64,000 nt of DNA from Bugula neritina (Eukaryota > Animalia > Bryozoa). Of the stretch, positions 14,601 through 28,300 are shown one piece after another (the first letter of the stretch is position 1; each line of letters opens with the position of its first letter). Made by a program: the position numbers and the translations under genes. The notes under the pieces were generated by a model that was given only the letters and a program-made list of their open reading frames with translations, had not been told where the DNA came from and ran no database searches. The stretch is taken from NCBI GenBank assembly GCA_964035545.1, contig OZ037771.1, positions 3,669,628 to 3,733,627 of the forward strand. The letters run 5' to 3'.

Positions 14601-15244
14601 AAGCAAGTTTACTTCAAAATATTTATTAAAACCATAATGTCCCTGAAAATATGACTTGCTTTGCAGAGAAATATTTTGTAGCACTAGTAAGAGATAGTAT
14701 TTCATCTCAAACAATCACACTCACATGTTCTGTTCTATACATTGCTAGCAATGAAGAGTTCGCACTGACACTTCTTGTATATTTATAGCCTGGGGAGATG
14801 ACAGTGGTATGGGTTCCTCCCGGTCTCTCTCGTCCTCCAGCACCACCGGATCAGAGGCTCCTCTTGTCTCTCCAAGAGTCAGCACTCCGGTGCAGAAGCT
14901 GAGCTGGGATGACGACATCGCATTTGAACCAAGTGGCCCAAGTCCTACAGCTTTCAGTAAGTTTCCAGCAACTCTGTCAGCTCTTAGTTATCCTCTGCGA
15001 AACCACCACCGCCGCCACCATAACTAGAATTAACTAGAGCAGAAGGAATACCATCTCAAAATGTTTTAGTTCTTTAGTGTTCTTAGTTTATACTTGGCAA
15101 GCCATACAGGTGTCATACACAGTGTTGAACAGATGATTTCATTGAGATAAATGTAGCCCCGTTTCTTTTACAGGCCCTCGCTCACCTTCAAGGTCGAATG
15201 TGGTCAGCCCGTCTCAGATAAGCAACAATCTGGATCTCTGGTAG
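2785..15244 (+). CDS. IgGFc-binding (FCGBP N-terminal) domain-containing type I transmembrane mucin, ~1270 aa, 18 exons
   Basis: Phase-consistent GT-AG exons: 2785-2792, 3019-3110, 3682-3821, 4337-4483, 4968-5076, 6967-7206, 7996-8061, 8279-8416, 8790-8960, 9041-9152, 9843-9957, 10687-10846, 11091-11228, 11322-13025, 13507-13655, 14056-14140, 14789-14956, 15174-15244. Signal peptide ([16 protein letters not shown]). FCGBP-N motifs: [84 protein letters not shown]. Then [13 protein letters not shown], a PT6 mucin stalk, [19 protein letters not shown] and a KRRKR stop-transfer. AATAAA at 15355. Confidence 0.88.
7555..7660 (-). mobile_element. Degenerate tRNA-derived SINE head (second family)
   Basis: Minus strand reads GTAGTGTAGTTGTTAGCATACTGGCTTGTAAG...GGTTTGATTCCTGG (A/B-box-like). 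Confidence 0.4.
8457..8745. repeat. (TA)n / (CATATA)n microsatellite, intron 8 of the mucin gene
   Basis: Directly visible. Confidence 0.95.
11357..12330 (+). repeat. Coding mucin VNTR, 21-bp unit encoding PTTTTTT, degenerating toward the 3' end
   Basis: CCAACCACTACAACTACAACG tandem units in exon 14. Confidence 0.95.
12520..12945 (+). repeat. Coding 39-bp (13-aa) tandem repeat, [11 protein letters not shown]-like
   Basis: About 11 units of ACAGGTACAACTGAAAAGAGCACACCTGT... Confidence 0.9.
13818..14035 (+). mobile_element. tRNA-Thr-derived SINE copy (partial copy also at ~14325-14400)
   Basis: GCAGCCATGGTGTAATGGTTAG...GGTGATGTTAGGAAGAGCATTCAGTC...GTGACTATAA. Confidence 0.8.
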
Positions 15245-16375
15245 CGTCTCAAGCAGGCGACAAATTGGCAAGCAATGCAAAATCTGCAGGCAAATATTTA
15301 TTTTAATATATTCTATTTTTGTATTTGTTTATTTTGAAGCATATACTATTTTATAATAAATGCAAGTTTGAAAACGTGACTACATTATGAAGGCAGCGAA
15401 TAATGGAACTAACTGAGTGCAGTTTCTACAAGGAATGCTGTAAAAGCTGTCAAGTGTTATACCCTCCCGTCTGTGGCATAAACATAGTTGAATGCTAACA
15501 TTACTATCTATTTGAAAATAATATTTAATCTGTGTGCTTTTGTTTAATAAAGTTTTGTGTGTCCAAAATACAAATTATGTTATATTTGCACTTGTTAGTC
15601 ATTCACAAGTTGCTAGTAGGCAGAAATGTAAACTTTCAATAGAATTGGCATCAATAAACCTCTGGCTGCTAGTAACAAAATGTCTCTGGTTTTTACTCCC
15701 AGCTATCTATAGGTGTTTCACTAGAGAAGCAACAAGTAGAGATAGTTGGGAGTGAAATTCATTGGGCAAGATGAAATTACTATAATTTAACAGAGCTACA
15801 GCTTAGGTTGTGTGATTGTGATGGTACTTATTTTGAAAGATCCAGCTTGCCAGCATTATTCTATATGCCAGCTACACAACAATAATAAGATTCACATTAA
15901 AACAAGCACCATTTTAGTTCTAACACTTCTCCCCTCAAAATAAGGGTTACTATTTATTGCACTCATATCCAACAATTTCGTCAACATCTAGCAATGTTGG
16001 CATATGTGTACAGTGTACATATTATAGGCTTTATTATTCAATCAAAATACATGCTAATAATAGGTATAGCATGAATTAAAATACACCAATACTTGCACTG
16101 GTTTAGCAATGTTATACCATATGAAAATGGCTATTTACAAAATATCTCCATTTATACAAAATAAAGATAAATAAGCGCTCATAAAACGATGACAATAATT
16201 TGATATACCAATTCGTAAGCAAAACATTAAATGACCTGTCCGTAATAATCTCTTACACTTTTGTATCAAACAATGTATACTGGGCTAAGTATAAATGTCC
16301 TGCCAATATACGATGAGGGTGTCAAAGCCACCGCAAAGGTCATTCAAGGTCAGCAACGGCTGCTTCTCATCCCCT

Positions 16376-19300
16376 TCAGTAACCATTGAAATGCTGCAGC
16401 CTATAAAGAGTGATCATAGTCAGACATGAGTGTAACTGTAGATGCACAATTTTTTTAAAATCAAGATAAAATTAGATATATTTGATATAAATTTCAAAAG
16501 TAAATTGTAAATAAGGAGATTAGAAAATATGTCTAATTATAATTTGAGGAGTTTTCATGATTTTAAATATAAAGAAAATAGCAAAAACACTAGTTTTATA
16601 CAGCTATATTCAACATGAGTTGAGAGTTATCCCACCTTTCCTAACAAGAGGATTTGAGAAAAGACAACTCAGAAAATTAAGCACTCCTAACATGGACAAT
16701 ACTTCCATGTTGTTTGACATACTGGTAACTAGACCTTTTACAGAGGCTAAACAGTAAGCTTGGTAGACCACATTTTTCAACAAACCAGAACATGTAAATC
16801 AACAATATATCTACAAATTACGGTTTCAAAAGTCACCCTAAGAATTTTTAAAAAATTCAAATTTTATATTTCACTCCTCCATTAACCAGAATTTAGAAAA
16901 TAAACTGTAAAAAAGAGGTAAGTTTCTTGCACAGTCATCGTGATCATGCATGTTAAACAAAATTCCTAGTTGAACACGCAACATAGCATGTGTATTACTT
17001 ATATAAATTCATTGTTAATTGTGTATATCTTCCCAAATATTATTGTCTTATCACATTATTCTAGCTATTGCATTGCCTGTATATAATCACAATTATTGTT
17101 ACCTGTACATATGAACGACTCCTTTACTCGTGCCAACTGCAAAGTAGCCACTGTTGGGAGAAAAGTCCAGGTCCGTAGGCTTAGACATTTTATCCACCAC
17201 TGAGGGAAAGTTTTGGTAGACACTTAGAGAACTTGTGTTCACCTGGCAGTAAATAAATACATGGTGACGTAACTGACATTTGTTTAAATTCTCCAAGTTG
17301 CACAATGTTGACACATGATGAAATATTCAATATTTGATAGACAATATTTTAGAAAAATACAAAAACCTAAAACTAATTAAATTAGAGTAAAACCATGCCA
17401 CAAGCTTTTTTTGTGAAAATTTCACCTTTTTCATCATGTAATGATTTACTAAACTGTTAACCCTTAAAAATTAATAATATTAATCAGATAGTTTAGATCT
17501 GATATGAGAAGCCTAGATTCTCAGTTGGTTAGAACCTAATTACATATAACACACAATTTATATGTGTGCACTTGCTACATATATTGACTTGCTACCACAT
17601 GCTACATATAACCACTTGCTACCACATGCTACATATAACCACTTGCTACCACATGCTACATATAACCAAAATGACTTCCAAGAACAGGAGATAACCAGGT
17701 GCCAGATAGTTGTCGGAACTTTTAAAGAAATAATTGCCGCTGCATAGTTAGTAGAATTACTTGTTTATACTTCAATACTAGGTTCAGGTTCACACATACA
17801 CTCTTCTTCAGCACAAAAACTCCAATAAAAGTTTATGATTTTTAAAAACTCATTGTATGCAAAATTTCAAATACAAAACACATTTGTCAAATTGCATTAG
17901 TCAATATGTTAAGGATATGAAATAGCAATAAAACAACGGAATAAACCGAGTATTATAAAATAAAACATAACAAACTCACAAGTTTCACAGATCTCTCTAC
18001 AGACTGGGAAGAGAGGGCTAGGAGTTGAGCTGAAGGGTTAAACCTGGCTGACGTGCACGCAGTGACCAGGTTGTTGACAACCTTAACAGGTTTCGGATCT
18101 GAAGATGTCATGATGTCACTTGATTTGTAGATGTTGACGACTCCACTCTCTGAGCTATATGTAAACACAGCATGTCATGTGATAGGTCACGTGATAGGTC
18201 ATGAAATAGGCGAGGGTAATTTTACTACAGAAGCATGGCTATTTGTACACTCTTCAAGCTAATGTTAAGCTATATAAACTACTACAAAACTGAAAAACCT
18301 CACTAAAAATATCTAGAATACAACTAAAGTACAAGTATATTCAACAGTTATATTCAGTAGAGAACATTATGCTGGTAAAACTTAGATTTTTGGGTGTTTT
18401 TCTACTTTCAATTGAAGCACTTTTTGCACGCAAGTTAAAGTGAAATTTCCATGACATCATACAAAATATTTGATGACAGAAAATGACATTAATAACAAAA
18501 AATTGTGTCTAACCGAGAATCATCGCTCATTTGACATCTCAAAATAGAATATTTATACTCTATATTCTATAAGATAGCTTTCCACGCTTATTTAACATAT
18601 TCATTAAAGTTAACATGTGAATCAACACCATATAGCTGCAAAGTTTAATAATGAATATTTCTATCATTATAATGCAGCTATGAAATTATTAACAATGTAT
18701 ATCAAAACATTTTATATAATGCATTACTTTTCAGCACAAGGAAAGAGTTAACTATTTTATAAATATTTTGAAGACGAAATGTAAGAACTTGGGTTTTGTT
18801 TCCGATGGAAATATTGCAGTAGCATCATTCAAATTGAGATCTGGCAAACAAGATAGCAAAAATAATTTTTCAAAACGTTTCAAGGCGTATAACTGTAGAT
18901 GTGGAGTAATAAAGGTGTCATCCCACTTAGACGATTCCCAGATAGACGATATTTATAGATTTTAGTGCAATATATATATATTTTATGCTATTATTTAGCA
19001 TATAATAGAAAGCAAAGAAGCCACCAGCAAGCCACTTACAGTAACAATGCTTCTATAAGAAGCCATCTTGCACTAACCTTAAACTTAAAAGTAAATTATA
19101 GACAAAATATAATAAGAAAAAGTTGTAATATAGCAGTATGTTGATATACCACGAAATGCATTTGTGCATTTATTCTGTTATTCTGAATAAAATAAACTGT
19201 AATTAAATTAGTATTGAGTTAAAGCAAATAGCTGGCTTAGTAGCTTATTTCATGTTTAGCAGTAAATGCAGCAGTTATATTTGTATATTATTATATATAT

Positions 19301-22300
19301 TGTACCAAAATAAAAAAATAGTCTAAGTGGGATGAAACCCGTAAGTTATTTTGTCAGGGCTAAACAATATAAACTAAACTGTATGCAACAGAAATCTCCG
19401 CCCCTCTTAGTAAGAGAATTTCTGCTCACCCATTGGAAAATACAGCTTTTAGCAAACAGTTATTAAACCAGGCATTTATTTATTGAAAGAAAAGAAACAA
19501 TGTTTCAGTAATTGTTTTGTTTAGTGAGTAATATTTATTTCCTTAGGACAATGGGATGGCTAGATCAACGTATATTAATTTTTACAGCACATCTTTGAAA
19601 ACTCATAAATGCCATGACGTACAGCTCATGACAAAGTCTCTATACAGACAAATATTTATGGATATTTAATTGAGGAATAAAGTATTTATTTTTTTTGCGT
19701 AGGCCTGCAAACTTTGTATGAAATGGGATTAACAATATTGCGTGGAGCGTTACAATATCCACACCAAATCCTTTCATGTATGGTAAATCTTACGGACACC
19801 ATGATTAGGTGCAAGAGATTACCAGGTTTGCCCAAAAAATATTCTAGATAAATCTTCAGAAATATTTTAATAACCTTATAACGCTAACAATTGACATTTC
19901 CTGAATTCAAGCTCGCTCTTTGGTATCAAAGGCTACACTAAAAGTCGATTTGTCAACTGGACAGATATTGGTCACTGGCATAACAGGACGTTTTAATAAA
20001 CTTTATTCATATATAAAGAGCGAGAGCAAAGTTTACAAGTAAACAACCAACAATAGCCAGAGACACCAGCTTCTGACACAAGGTAAATGATTCATGGTAC
20101 ATATTTCGTATCCTTTAGAGTTTATTAGATTGTCAACTTTGCAACCTTCAGAGTACATAAACAGCTTTGAGCTTTGCAAGCAGTTAATTAAAATTTGTTG
20201 GTTTATTGTGATAAGCTGAGACAAGGGTTGAGTCCGTTATGTTACATTTAAGCACATTTTTAAGTTATTATTTTATTGAAGTGCCGAGAAAGATTGGGAT
20301 GCAGAAATTAAACGTATTAACGAATGTTTCAATATCATATAGTTTAACGACTGAATATCTCAAATATTGATATAATTATGTTTGAGAAAACGAATCACTG
20401 GTAAACACAGAAATGAGCTACTGGAAGATTTTTAGACTAAAAATATGATAAAGAACTTGACCAAATGTTGTTTTAGGAGATATTACCTCATTACCTTAAT
20501 GAAATGATTTCTGTAAATTGTTGGTACTTTATTCATGTTACTTTAAAATCTATATGTTAGTCTTGCAAAGAAATGTTAATTAGAATGAGTATCTGTTACT
20601 GGCAAGTCTTGACAGTTTTACAATCTATTTTTCTAACATTGTAGCTATATGATTGCAACATATATGAATATAATACAGTCATATAGTTGCATATTAATAT
20701 TCATAATAATTAAATAATTATTAATACTTGTAACTATATGAATATAACAATTAATTTCCATATCTTTTTTACAGGCTAAAATAACTTCAAAGCTCTAAAA
20801 GCAAGAAAAGCATAAACAATTAAAAGACAAAACAAGATAAAGGTAGGCTGAATTACAGAACTGTTGCTACATATGCCGGCACAAATGAAAGAAATACTGA
20901 ATAATATAGCCAGATAAATTGAGATTATAGGACTTATATGCTGAAAGCAAAATCTGCAGTAGTCAGACTACTACATTTTAAATTTTTTTACTTTTTCGAA
21001 GCATCACAAAGAATTAAATTCTGTCACTGAATTTTATTAATTTCAACTCTTGATCACTCAAAGTAGCAGAAAATAACTCACAGTCAGATAGTTAAATGGC
21101 TTTTATGAAACATTTTATGAAATAAGGTTTTGCTGTTTCAAAATAAAATTCTGAGCAATGTGTTAATTTTTCTGGTTAAATCATAGGATCTAGAATTCCA
21201 GTTATTCTTTATATTAGAACAAGCTTTACATTTACATTAATAACGTCATTTTGAAGCTAAAAATGTTACTCTATTGCTTTGTATTTATTACAGCTGTTTA
21301 ACTAGGTAGATTAAAATAACTTTTAATATATGAACACCTGTGATTGATAGACAAGTGTATGGTATTACCACATGACATAAATATCAGAAAAGGTTCTCTT
21401 ACTAGTTGAAATGTTACTCCAAAATTACAATTTTAAAATGTTCTACTACTGGTTAGATAAGGACTTATGGTTTTGTTACAGATGGGTCATTTAGCCAGAA
21501 CTGCTGAGTTTCAATTCTGCACTTCAGAGAAAGACTTTGAGAAGGCAATAAAACATGTGGATATATATTCTGTGGAGTGTCCCAATAATGTCTGCCATGA
21601 TGAGGATACTATAAGCAGACATTTGGGAGAACAGGTGCCCCAACAGCACGGAAAGTCTGAGACGAAGCTGAGGAGCAAACTGAACATCAAGTGAAAAAGC
21701 AAACACTAAACAGTTACCAAATATACGTGGCATTTCTATTATTTGGCATTACGAGGCCACATAAACGAAAAATTATTTTTACAAATATGTTTATTTTATG
21801 TGTATTATATCATTTTCATATCACCATTGTGCTTTTATCTCACATATTGGTACAACGTTCAACATGCTATATTATATTATATATTATAATGAGCTAATTG
21901 AAATAAAAGAACTTGATTTTAATTTAAAAAAATCTAGAGATAAGTCAACATGTAAAATTCACGTGGATATTGTGATTAAGCTTTGAAGTTTTAAGGCAAG
22001 ATAGTTTAAGTCTAAATATTGAAAATCTCTAGAGGTTAAATCGTTTGGCTACAACACAAAGTTGTGGGTTGAAGCCCGACAAAGGTCATTGCTGATGTTA
22101 GGAAGAGCATCCAGTCATAATTGCTCTTGTACCATGTATAAATAAACCCTTAGCCTGCTTTAAAAAACCCTTTACACCAGGGGTTCTCACAAGGATGGTG
22201 ATTATATGCACACAATAGTTTTTTTTATATGTATACATAGAAATAGCGAGAATAAAAAATATTTTTTTATCAAAGCTAAGTGTTATTAAATTATATGAAA

Positions 22301-25300
22301 AACTTCCTTTCGTATTCAAGTGAAAATAGCAGGTGCTAGATTTAACTGATACTCCTCTAATAAAAAAAAGTACAGCAAGGTGCATACCGTGAGACATCTT
22401 AGAAAATAAAATAATCATTTCAACAACTTAACTTGTAGTAATTCAGCTATGCTAGTTTCAAATTTGACTTAACTATGAGGATGCACTGCTACCTGTTACA
22501 CAACTGCTTTGAAATAAATTGACAGCATAAGTTTGATTTCAACTTTCACTTGAAAGCATCAGTTGAAATAAACAAATTAAAAACAAACCTTGGGGCACTC
22601 ATTTTAACAGGTCAATATCAACCAGCTTTGGGGTAACGGTATAGCAATAAAACCATTCACTGGTCAGGCAAAATTAGAAAAAAGCTTTAAGCGTAAAAAA
22701 TACTTTGACCCGTAGAATATTTTTCCACATTTTTGCTATGCTATTATTGTAAAAAATAAAATTAATAAATAATACTAGCAGTGACAGCTTGACATTTGTT
22801 TTTTATGAAAGGTATGCAATTGAGTAAAAAACAAAAGTGAGCATTTCAGATTTGGAATTGTTGGTGCAATAACATACTTGGTGTTTCTTGTATGAAGCGA
22901 CTTCAACGTGGTTGATTAATTGAAACCCATTTTCCAGCCATAAGCTACTTGCTGGCTATTTTAAAAATATTCTTCAGCTTGTTCTGCATGTGGCAACAAA
23001 TTATGAAGTTACAAAAACATGAGAGGGCTTGGTAGCACTACTGAAACAGAAATTTTACTCAAAACTGTCATATCATTTTACTATCACTTACTGCTAAGCT
23101 ATGAGTTATTGATTTCTGTTAACCGGAAAAAATATTTCTAGAGAGCCTTTAAAACTTTTCAAATAAAAGACTGATTCATTACACATGCACAAAAACTGAC
23201 CATAATAGAAGAAACTTGCAGTAAACTAATAGCTATAAGTGTTCACTATACAGATGACTTCTACTTCCAATAAATTGCATAGTTCTGTAATCCTGAAATC
23301 CTGAAAGTACCCTAGAATTAATTAATCCCTACAAAAGGATTATCAGGTCCTTTGGATGATGCACTGTACAAATATTTAGCATCCAGTGTAGTCTCCATTA
23401 TATTACACTTAATCATAATTTACAATGATATTTATCTGAAAATAATTATCGTGTACATATTTCAATGACTTAATATTGTGCTGTGTTCATTAGAGATCGC
23501 AAATGCGTACGTGATGCAAATTGTGTAGTCTACACAATTTCAATAAGGAGAGTGTAGTGGGTGCAAGCTCACCAGAAAGCACTGCATCAAACGGAAGTGC
23601 ATTTTATGTTAAATAAATGATGAAACTTTTTAAGCCTCTGGTAATCAAACAATTATTTTAATAATCCACCCATGTGATGATTTAGTTTTGGTAATTGCTA
23701 GTGCTAAATGAGTACAAGAAATCAATCTTGATAGAAAAACATGTTGTAACATTTAGTTACAGCTCACTTTGCGACCTTTAGATCATGGTTAAGGTAATCT
23801 CAAAACTAAAGTGATAAAATAACAAGACCCAAAATGTTATCTTTATTAAATGGCTGTTTTTAGAATGAACTTGGCCTATTGTTTTATTACTATTCGTAAG
23901 TAATTGACCTAAAAATAATTGTGTGATTTTAGAAATTGATATGCTTAAAAAAATTTAAAAAATATTGATTCGAAAATTTGCAAAAATCAAATTCCACAAA
24001 CATAAATTTATAAATAAAATTTTATGTTAATAGCAGTTTGGGTATGAAAGGTATGCCTAGAGCTTACATAAAAAATTTCATACAGTAGTGTGCAATGCCC
24101 CGAGTAAGCTATATTACGACTTTAAAAAGATTGTTCACCCCATACTATACAATTAACGAATTTGAAAAAGAAATAATTAAAGCTATATTTATAAATATCA
24201 TTGAGAACCTTGCCAAAGAGCTAGAAACTTTCTGTAACCGCATAGGCTGGTAGTATTAATCATAGATTAGCACCATAAGCAAGAGTCAAACGCTTAGAAT
24301 GTGATGGGGTGGGTTTTAATAAGCCTGGCCGCGTCCTTTCCCCTAATCTGACTGTGTAGGAATTAGGAGCAAGCCCCAGCATATTGAGGGAATTTGCTAG
24401 GCAATTTGGCTTATAAGTTTTTAATATCACAATGGTAAAAGCTCCTTGGGCTTATTTCAATAGTTATAGGAAAACATCAAGACAAATTTTTCAATTTTTC
24501 CATTTTTATTTTTCAAAATCTATCCCGTATTTAAAATCAGCCAAAATAAAAAGCTCGATGAAATCATTGGAAAAGATTAGTTAATGAAGAAATTTCAGTG
24601 GGTAACCAAGTTGGTAAGTGGCTGTTTTTGCAAAAAATCTTAGAGCGTCTAAAAACTAAACAGAGTTCTTTTTTTTGAAAAATACTTTGAGCCTAAAATA
24701 ATGTGTTTAGAATACGTATTCCTAGAACTTGCTCATCATGTGTGTAAAAACTCTTTCACCGCCAAAAAGTCGACTAATCCAAATAGCCAGATAATATTGT
24801 TATTCGATATTGAACATTAAATTGATATTTCACAGAGGGCAAAAAATTGTATTTAAAAATTTGAAAGCATAAAAAAAATTCCTTTGGTGTTATTATACTA
24901 GTTTGTAGTAATGGCTACGCGGGCAGAGATAGAAAAGGCAACACATACCCACAAGCTAGGAGATTATTGAGCTCATCTGTACAAATAGAAGTACCATTGA
25001 GGCACCCTTCATCTCTAAATCTGTGAATGCATTGCAAGCTACTCATGTCCCATACGTACACCATTGCGTCATCTGCAAGCAGGAAAGAGACATACAGTGC
25101 CATCCTCAGAGCACCGGCACAAACCACTCACCAAATAGTTGTATATCGGTCACTACTTTATTTGGTACACACTATCAAATTCAAACCAAACTCACCAAAT
25201 AGTTGTATATAGGTTACTTTACTTTATTTGGTACAAACTTAAAAATTGGTTAAAAACTCATGAGAATATAATGTAGCATAGTATTTGCACATGCCGATTT

Positions 25301-28300
25301 AAAATATGCCAAGGAAAAAAGGTTGTGAGGGGGTCCTGTAACAACAAAGCGCAACACAATAGCCATTATTGCCAATGCAAATGTGGGTGTGGACAGTGAC
25401 TAACTATTCTGGAAAGATATTTGGTTTATAATATTATGGCTATAACTAGATACAAACATTAGTATAGTTAGCACCTCACTTGAAAGATTAAATGGTGTAC
25501 TATTTATAGATCATGAAAAATTCACAAAAATATACGGACTAATTTTTTTAAAGTCCTCTGACCAAAACTTTAACAAAAAGTACAAAAAACGGAGCAAATG
25601 CTGAACAAATATCAAGTTGTTTGAGTTTATTTGTAAACAATTCATTAGTTTTAGACAAAAACAGATATATTAGATAAGTCCTAGAATTTTACAATAGGCT
25701 AAAAATTAAGCGTACTAATTTAAGAAAAGTGACCTATATTTTAGTAATTTCAAGCAGTTTAGGTGCAAAACCTCCACAGCCAACGGAACTGCAGTTTTTT
25801 CTTTAAAAGAAATTAAACATCTATGAAAAAGGTGCCGTGCCGTTAAACTTCTGCTGCAAATAGCTAAGTTCAGATTACGTCATTATAGATGGCAAGTTTC
25901 ATTATGCAATGCTTCAGAAAAACACTTGGTTTTAACCGATTTAACAACTGGTAATTCCATACAGCTGAAAGGAGAATTGACAGCAATATGCATTAATTAT
26001 AAGCTAGACACACAGACAGTCAAGAAAAATTGATGACAAAATTCTACGTTTTTTGCCACGTCTCAATACAACACAAATAGAAAGGCCGTCTGGAATAATT
26101 CTCAACCACAACGCTCAGTGTGTTTACTTTGTCTTTCCATGGGAGTCACCATCACATGCAAAACAATTACTACTTGCGTAATGGAACCAAGTTGTGAGAG
26201 GGTACAATAAGGAAACCACGATTAAACATTTTGTAAAAAATACTAAACGAGAAATTATGAGTTTAAATCTGTATCATTAGAAACATATGAAGGTTATTTG
26301 AACTAAGCATGTCTGCTACCACAGCTCCTTTTTTTAGAAGAGAAGTAGGAAATTTTTTATAAAGATTTCAAAGAAGACATTATACACACCTCCAAATGAG
26401 TAGAGATATGCCCCATTATGAGAAAAAGTAATTGCGTTGACAGATCCATTCATCTTTAGCTGGCAAACAAGTTCTTTAGACTAAAAAAGAGAAGAACGAA
26501 AAATAAAAGCTCAACAATTTCTGAAACGAAATCTTGCTTGGCATCCTATTATTTTGGTAGACAAGCTAGAGACAAATGTTACGTCTTATTATTTATGTGA
26601 TTTGAATAAAGAAACTTTTAGTCCATCCAATTGAGATTAATAACAATTATCCATTAATATTATCCTTATCCTTCAATACATTTTAATCAGTCTAGACTGC
26701 TGTGACCAGACTGCCTTCAGTGCAAAAAGAATAGAAAATAGCGTTGGGTGCTTGTTGCAAAGAGAAATTCAAGTTTTACATTTGATTACAACCAGTTTTA
26801 TACACCACCCATTACTTAATGAAACTAATAATATTTATCACATAAAATTGAGTTGATTGATATTGACCGTTTTCTAAAACCTTTACACCATCAACATTGT
26901 GTTTAAGTGAGGAAATTACTCGCTAGTTATTATCCAGTGTTGCAGAAATGCGCAGGAACTTCAAATCAATAACAGCACAAGACAATGGATGATTCACCAA
27001 CACATATAGCTGGAGAAAACAGAGAAATGGAATCAACTCCTGCTGGTTTGTTAGGTTAAAGTCATACAAACCCATGTATGCAGTAACTATTTTCTCACTT
27101 TTAATGAAAAATTTACGCAGTCACACAGTTAACATATAAAAGGGTACGAAGACAGAAAGTTAAAAATATTAGAGCCAAAACTTTGTTCTGCAGCTCTCCT
27201 GCATGACTAAGCATATTCCTTCTTTTACTTGTAAAGCATTACGAGGACACGTGGTGAAACAATGTTACAACATCCTGTAGACTACACAAAAAAACTCGAA
27301 ACGTGATGAAACCAACATCAGACACGTTTTAAAGCGATTTACAGATAAACCAAGCTTTTCATCTATTGTTTTAGCCAAATTCCTGAAATCGCTTTCTCAA
27401 TGCATCATGCACAGTGTGTACAGTGTGTACATAACACTTGCTCACGATCTTAAACGGTAAAATTATGAAAGTTAAATGCACCACAGCTTTACATATACAA
27501 CATATTCATATTTAAAATTTCATTGAAAATGTGAACATTAATATGTATATTTAAAAAATTTTTTTTACAACTCTTGTGTACACATAATTGTTGTACAAAA
27601 CTACCTGTCAATGCTAACAATGCCAACAGCCTAAATATAAACTGAGTTGTAACATTTATTACAACACCTGGAGATTTGTTTTTCATTCTATGACAATTTA
27701 TGTGCCAGAATCCAATTTCCATAAAAACTTTCTACAAAAACATTAAAACTCCATTCAGATTAAAAGAAGCAGGGAATCCTGTGCATGCATATAACACCTG
27801 ACCTACAAGCACCTTATGACATCATCACTTTCATAATTTTTGCTCTAACTTCTGACGCACACAGTTTTATTTAAAATAAAACAATATTTTGAGTGACTGA
27901 TAAAACATTCCTAAACGCTTAAACCAGCAGACTGCAGGTTTACAACTTTCTAACATATTGGAGTTTTCTCCCCCAGCTGACGTTGCATACTTTAAAAATC
28001 AGTTTTTACAACTTTTTGCCCTGAATGCAATATTACTAATGGCATTTATTAAATCATCATATTTATTGCCAAACGAAGTTGAAAATAATGGAATACTTGT
28101 TAAGTGAAATAAGACACTTATGCATTCAGCTTAACGCTTACTTTCCAACGTTTTAACTAAGCACATTCGCTACCTTGTACTATAACTCTCACCTTGGTTG
28201 AGAGAATGTGTATATAGCCATACTCCCCTCTGAATGCTATGTACTTTCCACACGGAGAATTCTCAAAAAAGCTCATTGGCTGATTATTAAGTCCTAAAAC

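Noticed and set aside
25128-25235. ~62-bp tandem duplication with minus-strand G/GTGAGT donor-like sites in a UTP18 intron
   Set aside because: No matching acceptor or coding frame; the UTP18 exons already join in phase.
27755-27828. C/D box snoRNA candidate in a UTP18 intron (GTGATGA...CTGA on the minus strand)
   Set aside because: No terminal stem and no recognisable rRNA/snRNA guide; such box pairs are plausible by chance. An Infernal/snoScan hit would be needed.
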